DNA of 64,000 bases, taken from the human T2T-CHM13v2.0 reference genome, Homo sapiens. The translations under genes were made by a program, and so were the position numbers. Positions 1 to 14,635 of this stretch are shown in pieces; within the stretch, counting starts at the first letter, position 1, and each line of letters starts with the position of its first letter. The stretch lies in the NCBI RefSeq assembly GCF_009914755.1, contig NC_060929.1, one strand, 5' to 3'. The notes below the pieces were generated by a model. It worked only from the letters and a program-made list of their open reading frames with translations. It had not been told where the DNA came from and did no database searches.

Positions 1-602
1 CTGACAGTGAGATCTTCTCAATCCATCTGATCTATTTGGTGACATTTATTTGGCAGGTTTAAAGGAGTGAAATACAGAGAGCTGTCTGGGTTTTGCAGGA
101 AACTCTTGCCTCTTTATTATTCCTGTGTTCTCAGGTGGTGTCATGATTCATAATTCATTTTAAGCTGAGTATTTGTGGCTCTTATCAAACAAACCTTGTT
201 AATTTCATCAAGTTGGGTCAAGTAAGGATAAAAGGAAGAAACTAAGAGAAAATTTAGTTGGAGCTATAAGCCTATAGACTGTTAGGAGTCATTCAGGAAG
301 TGATAAATGCCAGTTAAAAGGTACTCATATTGTTTTCTGGTCTAAGCTGTGTTCATAAGCATTATAATCATTGGGTTTTTTTTTTTTTGGTTTCTTTTTT
401 GTTTGTTTGCCAGTCTTATTGCAGTATAATTGATAGATAAAAATTGTACATTTTAATTGAGCCGTGTTTAGGCTTCCAGTTTAAAAAATTAAATAAGCAA
501 TACAATGAGTTGTTACAGTATTTTTGAGACCTGTTTAAGGCAAGTTTCAGATGATTATAAATAAGCTTTTTGAGATTTCAGCATTTATTTATTTTGACCC
601 AT

Positions 603-966
603 TTATATGGTTCGGTTATATCTCCACTCAGATCTCATCTTTATTGTAGTTCCAATAATCCCCACGTGTCATGGGAGGGACTAGATGGAGATAACTGAAT
701 CGTGGGGGCAGTTTCCCCCATCCTGTGATATCCTTGTGATAGTGAGTCAGTTCTCACGAGATATAATGGTTTTATGAGGGGCTTCCCCTTTGCTGGGCAC
801 TCATTCTGTCTTTCGCCACCCTGTGAAGAGGTGCCTTCTGCCATGATTGTAAGTTTCCTGAGGCCTTCCCAGCCATTCAGAACTGTGAGTCAATTAAACC
901 TCTCTTATTTATAAATTACCCAGTCTTGGGTGTTTTTTCATAGAACCGTGAGAATGGAAGAATACA
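603..966 (+). mobile_element. THE1-family (MaLR) solo LTR
   Basis: T(T)ATATGG...AATACA termini, typical THE1C/D internal sequence, degenerate 5-bp TSD cccat/gccat. Confidence 0.9.
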
Positions 967-974
967 GCCATTCT

Positions 975-1740
975 ATATATATTTGGTGAGTTCTTCCTAT
1001 GTGTCCAGCACCACGCTAGTGTTGGAAAAGCTGATAAATATGACCAAACAGTTCCTACCTGCAGTGGACCTCACTATCTAATAAGAAAGAGAAAAAGAAA
1101 TAAACATAATAATTTCAAATTTGTAAAGTTCTATAAGGTTTAATAACAGAGTGTCAAGAGACAGACTAACGTGGGAGGGAGGGAGGGAGGAAGGGAGCAG
1201 CCTTAGGTAGGGTAATCATGGAAGGCTTCTCTGGGGAGGAGGCTTGTAAATGGAGAAGGAGGTGGAACCATAGGAAGGATGAGAAGCCATGCAAATAGAG
1301 AAAAAAACAGTATTCCAGGAAGAGGAAACAGGATGTGAAAAGACCCTGCAGAGGTAAAGAGTCCTTTACTGAGCTAGAGAAGCCTGAATACAGGCACTAT
1401 ATTGGAGAGGGTGATACTGGAAACCAATAATTGAAATATCTATGAAACATTGAAGTGGAAATGTCAAGTAGGCAATTGGATAAAGAGTCTGGAGTCCACA
1501 AATAAGGTCAGGGCAATGCACAGTAGAGACCTGTTAGCATGTCCATAAACACTTTAAAACAATGTAGTGAAAGATTGCCCAGGAAAAGAGTACAGAGAAG
1601 AAACTCAGATATTGAGCTATCAGTGCAGAAGTAGGAGCCCACAGAAGAGTCAGCCCAGGAGGAGAAAAACTGGAGGAACGGCTTCTTTGAGAAGCCAAAG
1701 GAAGGGAGAGAGGGACCAGTTCAGAATGGTGGAATGATGA
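975..1740 (-). mobile_element. L2 LINE fragment (continues at ~7420-7680)
   Basis: L2-type motifs tattccaggaagaggaaacag and ggaaatgtcaagtaggcaattgga. Confidence 0.7.
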
Positions 1741-1804
1741 GCACATGCATTTCTCCCCTTTCTATACCAAGACTCTAGCAAAAAATAGCAACTTTTTTTA
1801 AAAA

Positions 1805-2095
1805 TTTTCTTTTGAGAATGGCTCTTACTCTGTCTCCCAGGCTGGAGTACAGTGGCACAATCCTGGCTCACTATAACATTGACCTCCCTGGGCTTAGGTG
1901 ATCCTGCCACCTCAGCCTCCCTAGTAGCTGGTACTACAGGCATGCACCACCATGCCTAGATAATTTTTGTATTTTGTATACAGATGGGGCTTTGCCATGT
2001 TGCCCAGGCTGGTCTGGAATTACTGAGCTCAAGTGATATGCTAGCCTTAGCTTCCCAAAGTACTGGGATTACAGGCATGAGTCACTGCACCCCAC
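1805..2095 (-). mobile_element. AluJ
   Basis: Full dimeric Alu, antisense, highly diverged. Confidence 0.9.
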
Positions 2096-2974
2096 TGCAA
2101 ATAATTTTTTTAAAGACAAAAACCACAACAACAAAGACATCAGGAGACAAGCCATCACAATGGCTTCATGTCAATGATTTCTAGAGGATGGAAAGCAGAT
2201 GGAAGAGTGATTGAGTGTGACAGAGGAGGCCACAGCTCACAGAACACATAGGGGTGGCAGGCTTAAGAAGAGACCCATTCTGTCCTGTGCAGCCCTGGAG
2301 CAGTCCAGAACATGCCACCGGTGAAAGAATAGAAGCAAGACTTGGGCTGGAAACAGGGAGATTGATTGGAAGGGAATGAACATAACTGTTGGTATACCAC
2401 CACACTCACCCCCGCATTTTGAATTTCTGACACAAAAGAAAAATCCTCCATAGAAACTGAGACCTACACTCTCCAGCTTCTAGAGATTGCCTAGTATAAA
2501 TAACATCTACCTTCCTAAGAAGAACTTTAATGTAAAATCTATAAGTTGGCAAGGCCTACCCATGTACTAACAGCTTTCAATTAACTTTTTAGTGTCTCAT
2601 TCCTAAAGATAAATAGACAATTTAAGATCACAAGATTTTTTTAAGGAAAGCCTCCTACGTAAAAGAAAAAGATCAAGATAAATCAACAGGTAAAGATGAC
2701 ACTGGAGGAAGTGAAAATTTAACATATGGAATAGAAAAGAAACTTCATTAAACTTTCTTTCATGTCTGCAGAGAGATTTAAGAAAATATTGCCTCATAAC
2801 ACAAGAAAAGTTTGCTCTGAAAAAAGGAACCCTCAAAGCCTAAGAAAGATGTCTTGACTATTAAAATGTGACTTCAAAATAAAAAATTCAACAAAAGGAA
2901 AATTCAATGGGAACTGTACTCAGAAAGTAGGACAAAAAGTCAAAGAGATAGAAAATACTTAAAAATAAAAGTTA

Positions 2975-3100
2975 GAGCAGGCGTAGTGGCATGCACCTGT
3001 AATCCCAGCCACTTGGGAGCCTGAGGCAAGAGAATTGCTTGAGCCCAGGAGTTTGAGTCCAGGCTAGGCAACAAAGCAAGACCTCCCCATCTCAAAATAA
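2975..3100 (+). mobile_element. FLAM (Alu monomer)
   Basis: Single Alu arm flanked by aagttaga direct repeats. Confidence 0.8.
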
Positions 3101-3429
3101 CGAAGTTAGACATGTAGACTGAAAACCAAAGGATATTTCCAAGTGTTCCAACAACTGACTAATGGAAGTTCCAGAAAAAAAAATGATAGAAAATAAATTA
3201 TCAAAGAAATAATGCAAGGATATTTCAAACAACTGGGAGGCCTGACTGCAGATTTAAAGGGCCTACTGAGGGCTTATTGTGATGAATGAGAAACAAAGAC
3301 TCTTGTCTTTGTTTGCACAAGATGTTGCACATCTTGTTGAAATTTAGCATCACTAAGGGTATAAACAAGGTCTGAAATTCTTTCACAATCAGGGTGTAAA
3401 GGAAACAACTTACAAAGAATCAAGAATCA

Positions 3430-4127
<698 letters not shown>

Positions 4128-4409
4128 TTAGTAGAAATTATTTTCAAACTATAATTCCATGTTCAGCTAACCCTTCATGTGTAAAGATGGAATGAATGAA
4201 CTTTTATATATGCAAGGACTCAGAAAAATTTACTAACATATAAATTTTGTGCTGTAAGAAAACAAAGAGGTAAGAAACAACAAAAAGATAACCTGGAATC
4301 CTGAAAGCAACAGCTGTAATGCAGAACTACCAAGGAAAATCTCTGGATTAGAGCTGAGAGAGAAAAAAGAAGGCCCACAGAGGAAAGTCTCCAGTACCAA
4401 ACTAGACTA

Positions 4410-5410
4410 ATAGTTCCCTGATTGTGTCCCATGAATCCCTGGAGAACACCAATAACTTTTCAGGGAGTCTAAAATCAAAGCTATTTTATAATAATATTAA
4501 GACATAATATGCCTTTTTCACTGCTTCGAGATTCGCACTGATGGAGCATAAGCAATGGTGGCCAAAACTGCTGACACTTAGAAAAATTGCAGATACTTTA
4601 GCAAACCACGGCATGGTGGTACCAAGCAGTACATGTAGGCTCCAAATTTTCGGCCATGCACTTCCATAGAAAAAAACAAAATGCCACTTTTCATTCAGAT
4701 GGTCATTGATGAAGCAGCAAAAATATTAACTTTATTAATCCTGACTCTTGAATATATTTTTTTAATATTCTCTGTGTCAAAACAAGAAGTGTGCATAAAC
4801 TACAGTCTACTCAAATATGTGAGTGTACCCAGGGATAGGCACTTGTGCAACTGTTTGAGTTGTGAGCTGAATTAGATACTTTGGCCATCCTACACCATTT
4901 TTAATTGATTGGACAATTGCTAGACTATGGTTAGTCAAACTTAAAGTTTTAGCAGACATTTCCTAAAATAAATTAAATGAGCCTGTCACTTCCAAGAAAA
5001 CAATTGACAGTGTATATTGTCAATGATAAAATATAAACTTTCAAGCAGGAATTAGAATTTTGGAATATTTGCACCCACCAGTATGAACCTGACAGGTTCC
5101 TAATACTTAAAGTTTTTCTGATGAGCTCAGTAGTAATAGTAACAAATGTTATCTTTTGATAGTGTAAAATGAAATGTGTCAACATTTGGAGGATCTGCAA
5201 ATCACATTGAATCGACATTTTCCAAATAACCAATGCATGATGTCACAAAATCATACACGAGCAAAAATCTATTTAAAGTATGAGATAGATTGATGGATTT
5301 AAATGTAACAGAGTATGAAAACTGCAACTATATGATGTCAGATTCCATATCACAGGTAACCTTTAAGAAACCGTTACTTGTCCTGTTTCGGTGAAGTATA
5401 AAAGAAAAAT
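4410..5410 (+). mobile_element. Charlie1-type hAT DNA transposon fragment
   Basis: Matches the remembered Charlie1 5' sequence (gcactgatgg..aagcaatggtgg..aaaactgctg) plus transposase remnants. Confidence 0.75.
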
Positions 5411-5411
5411 A

Positions 5412-6045
<634 letters not shown>

Positions 6046-6557
6046 TTAGGGAACAATATTTACAAAGCCACAATAATGTAAACATTTCATTGACTTTCAG
6101 TTTTTAGAATCAACTTGTAGGCCTAATTACTCTTACAGAACAAATGGCATATAGTATCAACCTTGTAAATTCAATAAATACAGAAAGCAGAGAATGAGAG
6201 GAACCAGTGGAAAAAAGAAAACGTGGGCAGAAGCCTAATTTCCCCACCTTAGCAAAAGTCAAAGAATGTTACCTAAGGTTGATGTAATAAGAATATGACA
6301 GTGTTGGCATTTTGCTAAATATTGTAAGGAAACAATAATTGGCACAGCGAATACTGAAAGCATAAGGAAGAGGGAAATGGGAAGAATATAAGGGAGCTAA
6401 CTTTTCATTTATCATTGTGGAAGCAAAGATAAAATGTAAAAAAATCAGTATTTTAAAAATGTTATTTAGAAATATGGAGCTAAGTGAACAAACAGCTTTT
6501 TAAAATTAGAAAATATTGCCTCTGGGGAGGAAGAACAGGCATAGGACATGGTGGCAT

Positions 6558-6990
<433 letters not shown>

Positions 6991-7124
6991 TTGAAGATAC
7001 TGTTGTTTTGTTATGAGGAGCCCTTTAGTACATTTAAATCTTTTAACTATATGTTAAATAACCATATGTTAAATATTTAAGGTTTTTTTTTTTTTTTTTT
7101 TTTTTAAAGAAAAAGGAGGAGGAG

Positions 7125-7420
7125 GGCTGGGTGCAGTGGCTCAGGCCTGTAATCCCAGCACTTTGGGAGGCCTAGGCGGGTGAATCACCTGAGGTCAGGA
7201 GTTCAAGACTAGCCTGCCCAACATGATGAAATCCCATCTCTGCTAAAAATACAAAAAATTAGCCAGGCGTGGTGAGAGACGCCTGTAATCCCAGTTACTA
7301 GGGAGGCTGAAGCAGGAGAATCACTTGAACCTGAGAGGTGGAGGTTACGGTGAGCCGAGATCGTGCCACTGTACTCCAGCCTGGGCGACAAGAGCAAAAC
7401 TCCGTCTCCAAAAGAAAATA
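7125..7420 (+). mobile_element. AluS
   Basis: Full Alu, TSD aaaaggaggagga. Confidence 0.9.
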
Positions 7421-9499
7421 AAAGGAGGAGGACAGTGGAACAACAGTATCCAAAGGCAGTGAGATGTTGAATAGATGAAGTTGTAGACATGCCTGGTGTA
7501 TTTGCGACATGGAGATCAATGATGTCTTTGACAAGAAAATTTTACTGGAGTGATGGTGATGCAAGTTGGTCTGTAGAGGATTAATAGGCGCATAGAAGTA
7601 AGGAAGGAGAGGTAATTATAGAAGTGGAAAAGAGTAAGGTACAGGTATGGCAGTTGAAGAAAATCCATGGATTTCCAGAGTGATGATACATTTTTCTTTC
7701 TCTATATTCATCACATTTCTCAAGTAAATCTTTTTTGAGCTGTCCTATTAAATCTGTGCATTATGACAGCTTGGAAATTCTAATCATAATTTGGGATAAT
7801 ACCATGAGAAATGCTCCCCTCCCAAATAATTGAGTAGGTAATGGTCTGACATTTTGATGGAGGGATATTTGTAACAGTATAAATTTTTTTTTATAGAAAG
7901 AAGGAAGCAAGTAAGAATATAACGTGTGATTTAAATCAGATATGGGGCTGGCATGGGAACTTCTGATCTCATTTCCACTGATAAAAGTTATTAAGCCAAG
8001 CTATCTTCTCCTATGAGCACCCAGAACTCTAATTCTCTTATAATTTGAATCTACCCAGTGCTCAAATTAAGCACTTAATTATGTATGGTCTTGGAGAAAT
8101 ATAAATACGACTAAAATATGGAGGCTGCTTCTAAAGAAAAGAAGCTTTCAATACAGTGGCTGGAATATTTGAACTTCCCTGACTGCCTGCTGCCTTGTTG
8201 GCTTCATGCCAGACTGAAGCCCACCCTTGCTGAGCTCTGTCCCATATCCTCTTCACCCAACTCAGTTACCATCCTTCACTTCGCCCAAAAGCTACTCTTA
8301 CTCACAACTCTATTTGAACTGGATTCTTTACCAAAAGATATAAAACCAGTCTGCCTGTTTTCAGCAGATTTTATTAAAATGTCTGAACACATTTTACTAA
8401 AGTTGAAGCAATAGACTACCCCTCCTGCCCCCATTTAAGCTTTCCAAGTACTCTCTGTTCCCCTTCAGTTGTGCTATGATTTGAAAAACCATCTAATTTG
8501 TATTGCTGGAGTCACATACGTGTATGATGAGCCATTGATGGCCTTGAGATGAGAACTTTTTATTAAAACACTTCAGTTACTATACTTCTGTGAGCAACAC
8601 AGGAAGAGAAAAAAAAACTTATCTTTTCAACTCCCATGGCAACTGACTCATCATTTCCTCTCCAAAGAGGTTAACCTCATCTCATTTCACTGTTCTCCAT
8701 GTCACTATAGACTCTGCCATCTTTGAAGCGGCAGAAAAACAAAGGGTGGATAACTTTCTCTTCCTTTGTTTTAGAAGTGCTGCTTCCAGGAGTAATCTGA
8801 TTGTCACTCGGTCACTTGGGCCATGGTTCTTTTTTCCCAAGACCAGTCTCAGCACATTTTCCCCATCAAAACTGTAGATACCTAATTTTTATATTTGCTA
8901 ATGTTTTTGAGGGGGGGAGCAAAATTATATTGTATATCATGTAGCAAAAGCATCCTTTATATCCATATTGATCCTGTCAACTCCTCCCCTAAAATATCTC
9001 CCTGCAGTAGCTTTCATGCTTTCAGCCCTCTCTTTCACTTGGCCTCATTCTTCTCCACCTCTCTAGTAGGCAGGCTCTATCTGTTTTCTCTCCCACCCCT
9101 CTGAAAACCCCAATCAGAGCATGCAATCTACACACAAGGCAAACACTGGTTAAACAGCCAGCAAAAGAAAAACTATTTGTTAGACAAACCAGGTCACCTG
9201 GTGTCCTTCAAGCCTTCCCGCGAGTAGCTTCCTTTCAAACCTCCACATAGGTTATCAAGAGCAGTGTCAAGTTCTAGGGATGGGCTCTTTAAAGGGATAC
9301 AATTACCAGTTAATTTGAAGCATCTAGGAAAGGAGGTGAGTGAATAGTAATTGATAGAGGTATGAAACTACGTAGCAATATGTGGATATGATCCTTATAT
9401 CATACCTATCTGAAAGTAAAAGAATTTTGCTTTTCTCATATTTATCTGTTAGAAAAGATAAGGTTTGGAAAGCCTTTTGGAAATCAACTTGCTTTGGAC

Positions 9500-10375
9500 A
9501 TCACTGAAAAGCATGCAGATTAAAAACAACAAACACTAGGCTAGCAAAGTAAATGACCAATTACCTAAAAGCATTTGAAGATGTTATTAAACTTTGGAAC
9601 ATCTCTTGAATTTCTGAATTGATAATATAGTCAGAATTAATGTGCAGATTTGGAGATGTTCAAGTAGTTAAAAATGGTCCTGGACTAACCTCAATCTTGT
9701 TTTGCAACATCTGTTTTTTTAAATTAAAAAAAAAAACAGAAAATGTAACATTGAAACACTGTCTCTTCACTCATACATAAGACCCCCCCACACACACACC
9801 GCTCCCTCAGCTACATGATCTTCTTGTCAGAAATGAAATGAGCTTTGGGATACTGTCTCTGTATCACATCATAAGACATAGAAATATCAAGTTACTCTAA
9901 TTTGCAGTTTGGGGTTTAAAAAAAATCTCAGGAAGTGAAGATCAAAAATCAATATCAAATGACTCAGAGGTACTCTGCTGCTGTCAGGTCACCCAAAGAG
10001 GAAGCACTTCATATTTGGTCAATATGGTAGCAGCATATCACTCTGAATTGTATAGGAAATAGACCACAGAACTTTCATTATAAAGATCTTGCTAAATCAA
10101 TGACTAACATTTGCAGTTAAAACAAATCCAGACTGTTCTCTCTTATTTGTATTTTCTCATAAAAGTATGTATGAAGACAATCACAGCAAATGTCAAAATA
10201 TCACCATTTTTTAAGATTCAGCAGAACTGACTCATACTGTTCAAAGTTCAGGGATATAGTGAGTTGTTGAGAAAAACCGAAAAACTTAAGAGTCAAAGTC
10301 TTGAAACAACACACTTAGAGCCTATTCTAATGGGTAATGCAAACTTTATATCATGCCAATTGTTTGAAGTGGCAG
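9500..10375 (-). pseudogene. Decayed paramyxovirus-like fusion protein (F1) C-terminal half
   Basis: Reads SLHYP (10331-10345; cf. SIAYP), VVSRL*LLSF (cf. IVHRLEGVSY), GFVLTAN, NESS, P..MKCFLFG, IRVT*YFYVL*CDTETVSQ (cf. [20 protein letters not shown]), EVSPGP (cf. ISLGPP), heptad-like NSEIQEMFQSLITSSNAF and hydrophobic LVIYFASLVFVVFNL, all in the expected order. Confidence 0.6.
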
Positions 10376-13095
10376 CTTTTATTCTGTTATTAAGTGCATA
10401 AATATTTAGAATTGCATGTCTTCTTAGTTAATTGACATTTTATTATTTTGTGAAGTGACAGTTTTTATTCTAAATAATTTTGTTTTTTGTGAAATTTACT
10501 TTGATATTAATATAGCCATTCAAACTTTCTTTCAACTCATGTTTCTATGTCATCACTTTTCCATCCTTTTACTTTTAACCATCGCTTTTCATCCTTTTAT
10601 TTTTGCTCTGTCTTGTAAAGTTCTATAGGTTTTGACAAACATGTCATGTCATGTATCCATCATAATAGTATCACACAGAACAGTTTCACTGCCCTAAAAA
10701 TTCCCTGCGTTTCACCTCTTCATCCCTGTCTCCTGCCCTGAACCACTTATATTAAAAGTGAGTTTCCTTGTATCAATAATAAATAAATAAAAAGTGAATC
10801 TAAAAGAATCGATTTCTCATGGACAGCACATAGTTTGATCTTCCTTTTTAAACCTAATCCTGCAATTGCTGGCTTTAATTGGTGTATTTACACCGTTTAC
10901 ATTTAATGTGACTACTGAGATGGTTGGGTTTAAGTCTACCACCTTGTTTTCTGTTTGGCCAATCTGTCCTTAGTTTATTTTTTTCTGCCTTATCATAAAT
11001 TAATTATTTACATGATTTTATTTTTTCTTCTTTGGTGGCTTATTGGACATAGCTTTGTTTAATGGCTGTTTTAGTATTTATAGTATACCTCTTTATCTTA
11101 CCATAGTATAGCTTCAAATATGTGTAGTGTAAGAATCTTATAACAATATATTCCCATTTCTCCCCTCCTAGCCTTATGCTATTGTGGGCTATAAATCTGT
11201 TTATACATATTAGCTCCACAATGTGTTGTTTCTATTTTTTTCTTTTAAACAGTTAATTATATTTTTTAAATATTTAAATCATAAGGAAAAAAGTCAGCCC
11301 ATGTAGTTACTGGTCGTATTGCTTTTCATTTATTTTTATAATCCCTATCTCCATCTGTTATCATTCTCCTTCTGCCTAAAGGACTCTTTAAAACATTTTT
11401 TTTCCTTATCGCACATTTCTGATGTTTATGGACCCTTTCAGGTTTTGTATGTCTGAAACAGTATTTATTTTACCTTTATTTTTATTCTTGCAGTAACTTT
11501 TTGTTAATGACTTTATTTTTAGAGCAGTTTTAGATTTATAGAAAAAATAAGCAAATAGTACAGAAAGCTCTCATATATCCCCACATATACAGTTTCTCTA
11601 TTATTAACATCTTACTTTAGGATAGTACATTTCTTAAAATGAGCAAACCAATGTTGATACACTATTATTAATTAAAATTCATAGTTTATTTAGATTGCTT
11701 TAGTTTTTACTTAATGTTCTTCTTCTGTTTCCGGATCTCATCCTTGATACTACATAACTTGTGGTTCTCAGGTTTCCACAAGTTCCTCTAAGCTCCGGTA
11801 GTTTCTCAGACTTTTGTTGTTTCTGATGACCTTGACAGTTATGAGGAGTATTGGTCAGCTATGATGTAGGATGCTCCTCTATTGGAAATTGCCTGATATT
11901 TTTCTCATGCATAGTATAGAGGTATGGGTTTGGGGGAGAAAAATTACAGAAGTAAAGTGCCCTTTTCATTGTACATACTATCAACAAGATTGATCGCTGA
12001 TGATGTTGACCTTGATCTCCTGGCTGAAGTAGTTTTTGTCAGGTTTGTCCACTATGAGGTTACCCTTTTTCCCCCTTTCCCATGTGCTCTTTGGCAAGAA
12101 GTCGCAATGCACAGAACATCCTAAGGAGTGTAGAGTTACGTTTCCTTCCCTGTAGAGTGGAATATCTACATAACTTACTTGAAATTCTTTTGTATGAGAA
12201 ACTTGTGTCCTCTCTCATTAATTAATTTATGAAATCATTTATGTGTATCATTATGGTCTCATGAATATCTATTTTATATTTTAGATTATAATCCAATACT
12301 ACTTTATTTTTTGCTCAAATTGTTCCAGCTTTGGCTACTAAGAGTTCTTTCAGTTGACTCTTGCATTCTTTTAACATACATCAATGTGTTTGTCATTTTT
12401 TTAAAAAAAAAATTTGAGCACTTCTTTGTTTTTGACACTACAAGTTGCTAGGCTGCTCAGGTTCATATTGCATATTTTCTTCCCCAGTCCTAGAAATGGC
12501 CATTTCTTTTCTAGACTCAATCCCCTGACCTCCTAAATGATGTTTTTAATTTGCATACATGAAGCTTTGCTCTTTATGTTGTAAAGCTCTACAGGTTTTG
12601 ACAAACACATCAGGTCATGTATTCACCATTATAGTATTATACAGAACAGTTTCACTGCCCCAAAAATCCACTGTGTTTCACCTATTCATTCCTGTCTCTT
12701 CCCCTAAACCTCTGGCAACCAGTGAGTTTTTACGTTTGTATAGTTTTTTCCTTTTCCAGAATGTCACATAATTGAAATTACACAGTATATAGCCATTTCA
12801 GACTGATTTCTTTCACTTAGCAATATTATTTAAGCTTTCTCGGCATTGTTTTAGAGCTTGATATCTCATTTCCGAATTATAATGATGAATAATATTCCCT
12901 TGTATGCATATACCAGAGTTTATCTGCTCATCTATGGAAGAACATCTTGGTTGCTTCCAGTTTTTGGCAATTATTAGTAAAGTGGCTATGAAGATTCATG
13001 TGCGTGTTTTTGTGTAGACAGCTTTTAGATTCAATTGGCTAAATACCTAGCAGTGCAATTGCGGGATCATATGTTAAGACAAAACTATTTTTGGA

Positions 13096-13400
13096 GGCCG
13101 GACGCGGTGGCTCACGCCTGTAATCCCAGCACTTTGGGAGGCTGAGGCGGGTGGATCACGAGGTCAGGAGATCGAGACCATCCTGGCTAACACAGTGAAA
13201 CCCCGTCTCTACTAAAAATACAAAAAATTAGCCGGGCGAGGTGGCGGGTGCCTGTAGTCCCAACTGCTCAGGAGGCTGAGGCAGAAGAATGGCGTGAACC
13301 CCGGGGGGCGGAGCCTGCAGTGAGCCGAGATCGTGCCACTGCACTCCAGCCTGGGCGACAGCAAGACTTAGTCTCAAAAAAAAAGAAAAAAAAAAAAAAG
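13096..13400 (+). mobile_element. AluY
   Basis: CpG-rich with Y diagnostics; TSD aagacaaaactattttt. Confidence 0.95.
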
Positions 13401-13838
13401 ACAAAACTATTTTTAGTTTTGTAAGAAACTGTCAAACTGCCTTCCAAAGTAGCTTTACCATTTTGCATTCCACTAGCAATGAATGAGAGTTCATATTGTT
13501 CCACATCCTCACCAGCATTTGGTATTGTCAGTTTTTTATTTTAGCTATTCTAATGGGTGTGTAGTGGTATCTAATGGCTGTTTTAATTGCAATCTTTTAA
13601 TGACAAATGATTTGAACATCTTTTCATATGATTATTTGCCATAAGGCACCAAAGGTGTGTATTTTCTTTCATGAGATATATGTTCTTATATTTTGCCCAT
13701 TTAAACTTTTGTTCTATTTTGTTTTCTTATTGTTTAATTTTTAAGTTATTTATATATTTTAGATACAAGTTATTTATAAGACATATGTTTTACAACTAGT
13801 CTATGGCTTGTCTTTTCATTCAATTAACAGTGTCTTTT

Positions 13839-14635
13839 CCAACAAACATACGAAAAAAAGCTCATTATCACTGGTCATTAAAGAAATGCAAATCAAAACC
13901 ATGATGAGATGCCATCTCACACTAGTTAGAATGGCAATCATTAAAAAGTCAGGAAACAGATGCTGGAGAGGATGTGGAGAAATAGGAACACTTTTACTGT
14001 TGGTGGGAGTATAAATTAGTTCAACCATTGTGGAAGACAGTGTGGTGATTCCTCAAGGATCTAGAACCAGAAATAACATTTGACCCAGCCATCCCATTAC
14101 TGGATATATACCCAAAGGATTATCAATCATTCTACTATAAAGACACATGCACACATATGTTTATTGCAGCTCTTTTTACAATAATAAACACTCGGAACCA
14201 ACCCAAATGCCCATCAATGATAGACTGGATAAAGAAAATGTGGCACATATACACCATGGAATACTATGCAGCCATAAAAAGAATGAGTTCGTGTCCTTTG
14301 CAGGGACATGAATGAAGCTGGAAACCATCATTCTCAGCAAACTAACACAGGAACAGAAAACCAAGCACCACATGTTCTCACTCATAAGTGGGAGTTGAAC
14401 AATGAGAACACATGGACACAGGGAGGGGAACATCACACACTGGGGCCTGTGGGGCTTGGGGGGCAAGGGGAGGGATAACATTAGGAGAAATACCTAATAC
14501 ATGTGGGGCTTAAACCTAGATGATGGGTTGATGGATGCAGCAAACCACCATGGCACATGTATACCTATGTAACGAACCTGCACATTCTGCACATGTACCC
14601 CGGAACTTAAAGTATAATAAAAAATAAATAAATAA
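13839..14635 (+). mobile_element. 5'-truncated L1PA (L1PA7/8-like) 3' end
   Basis: ORF2 C-terminus, 3' UTR and A-tail; TSD agtgtctttt. Confidence 0.9.
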
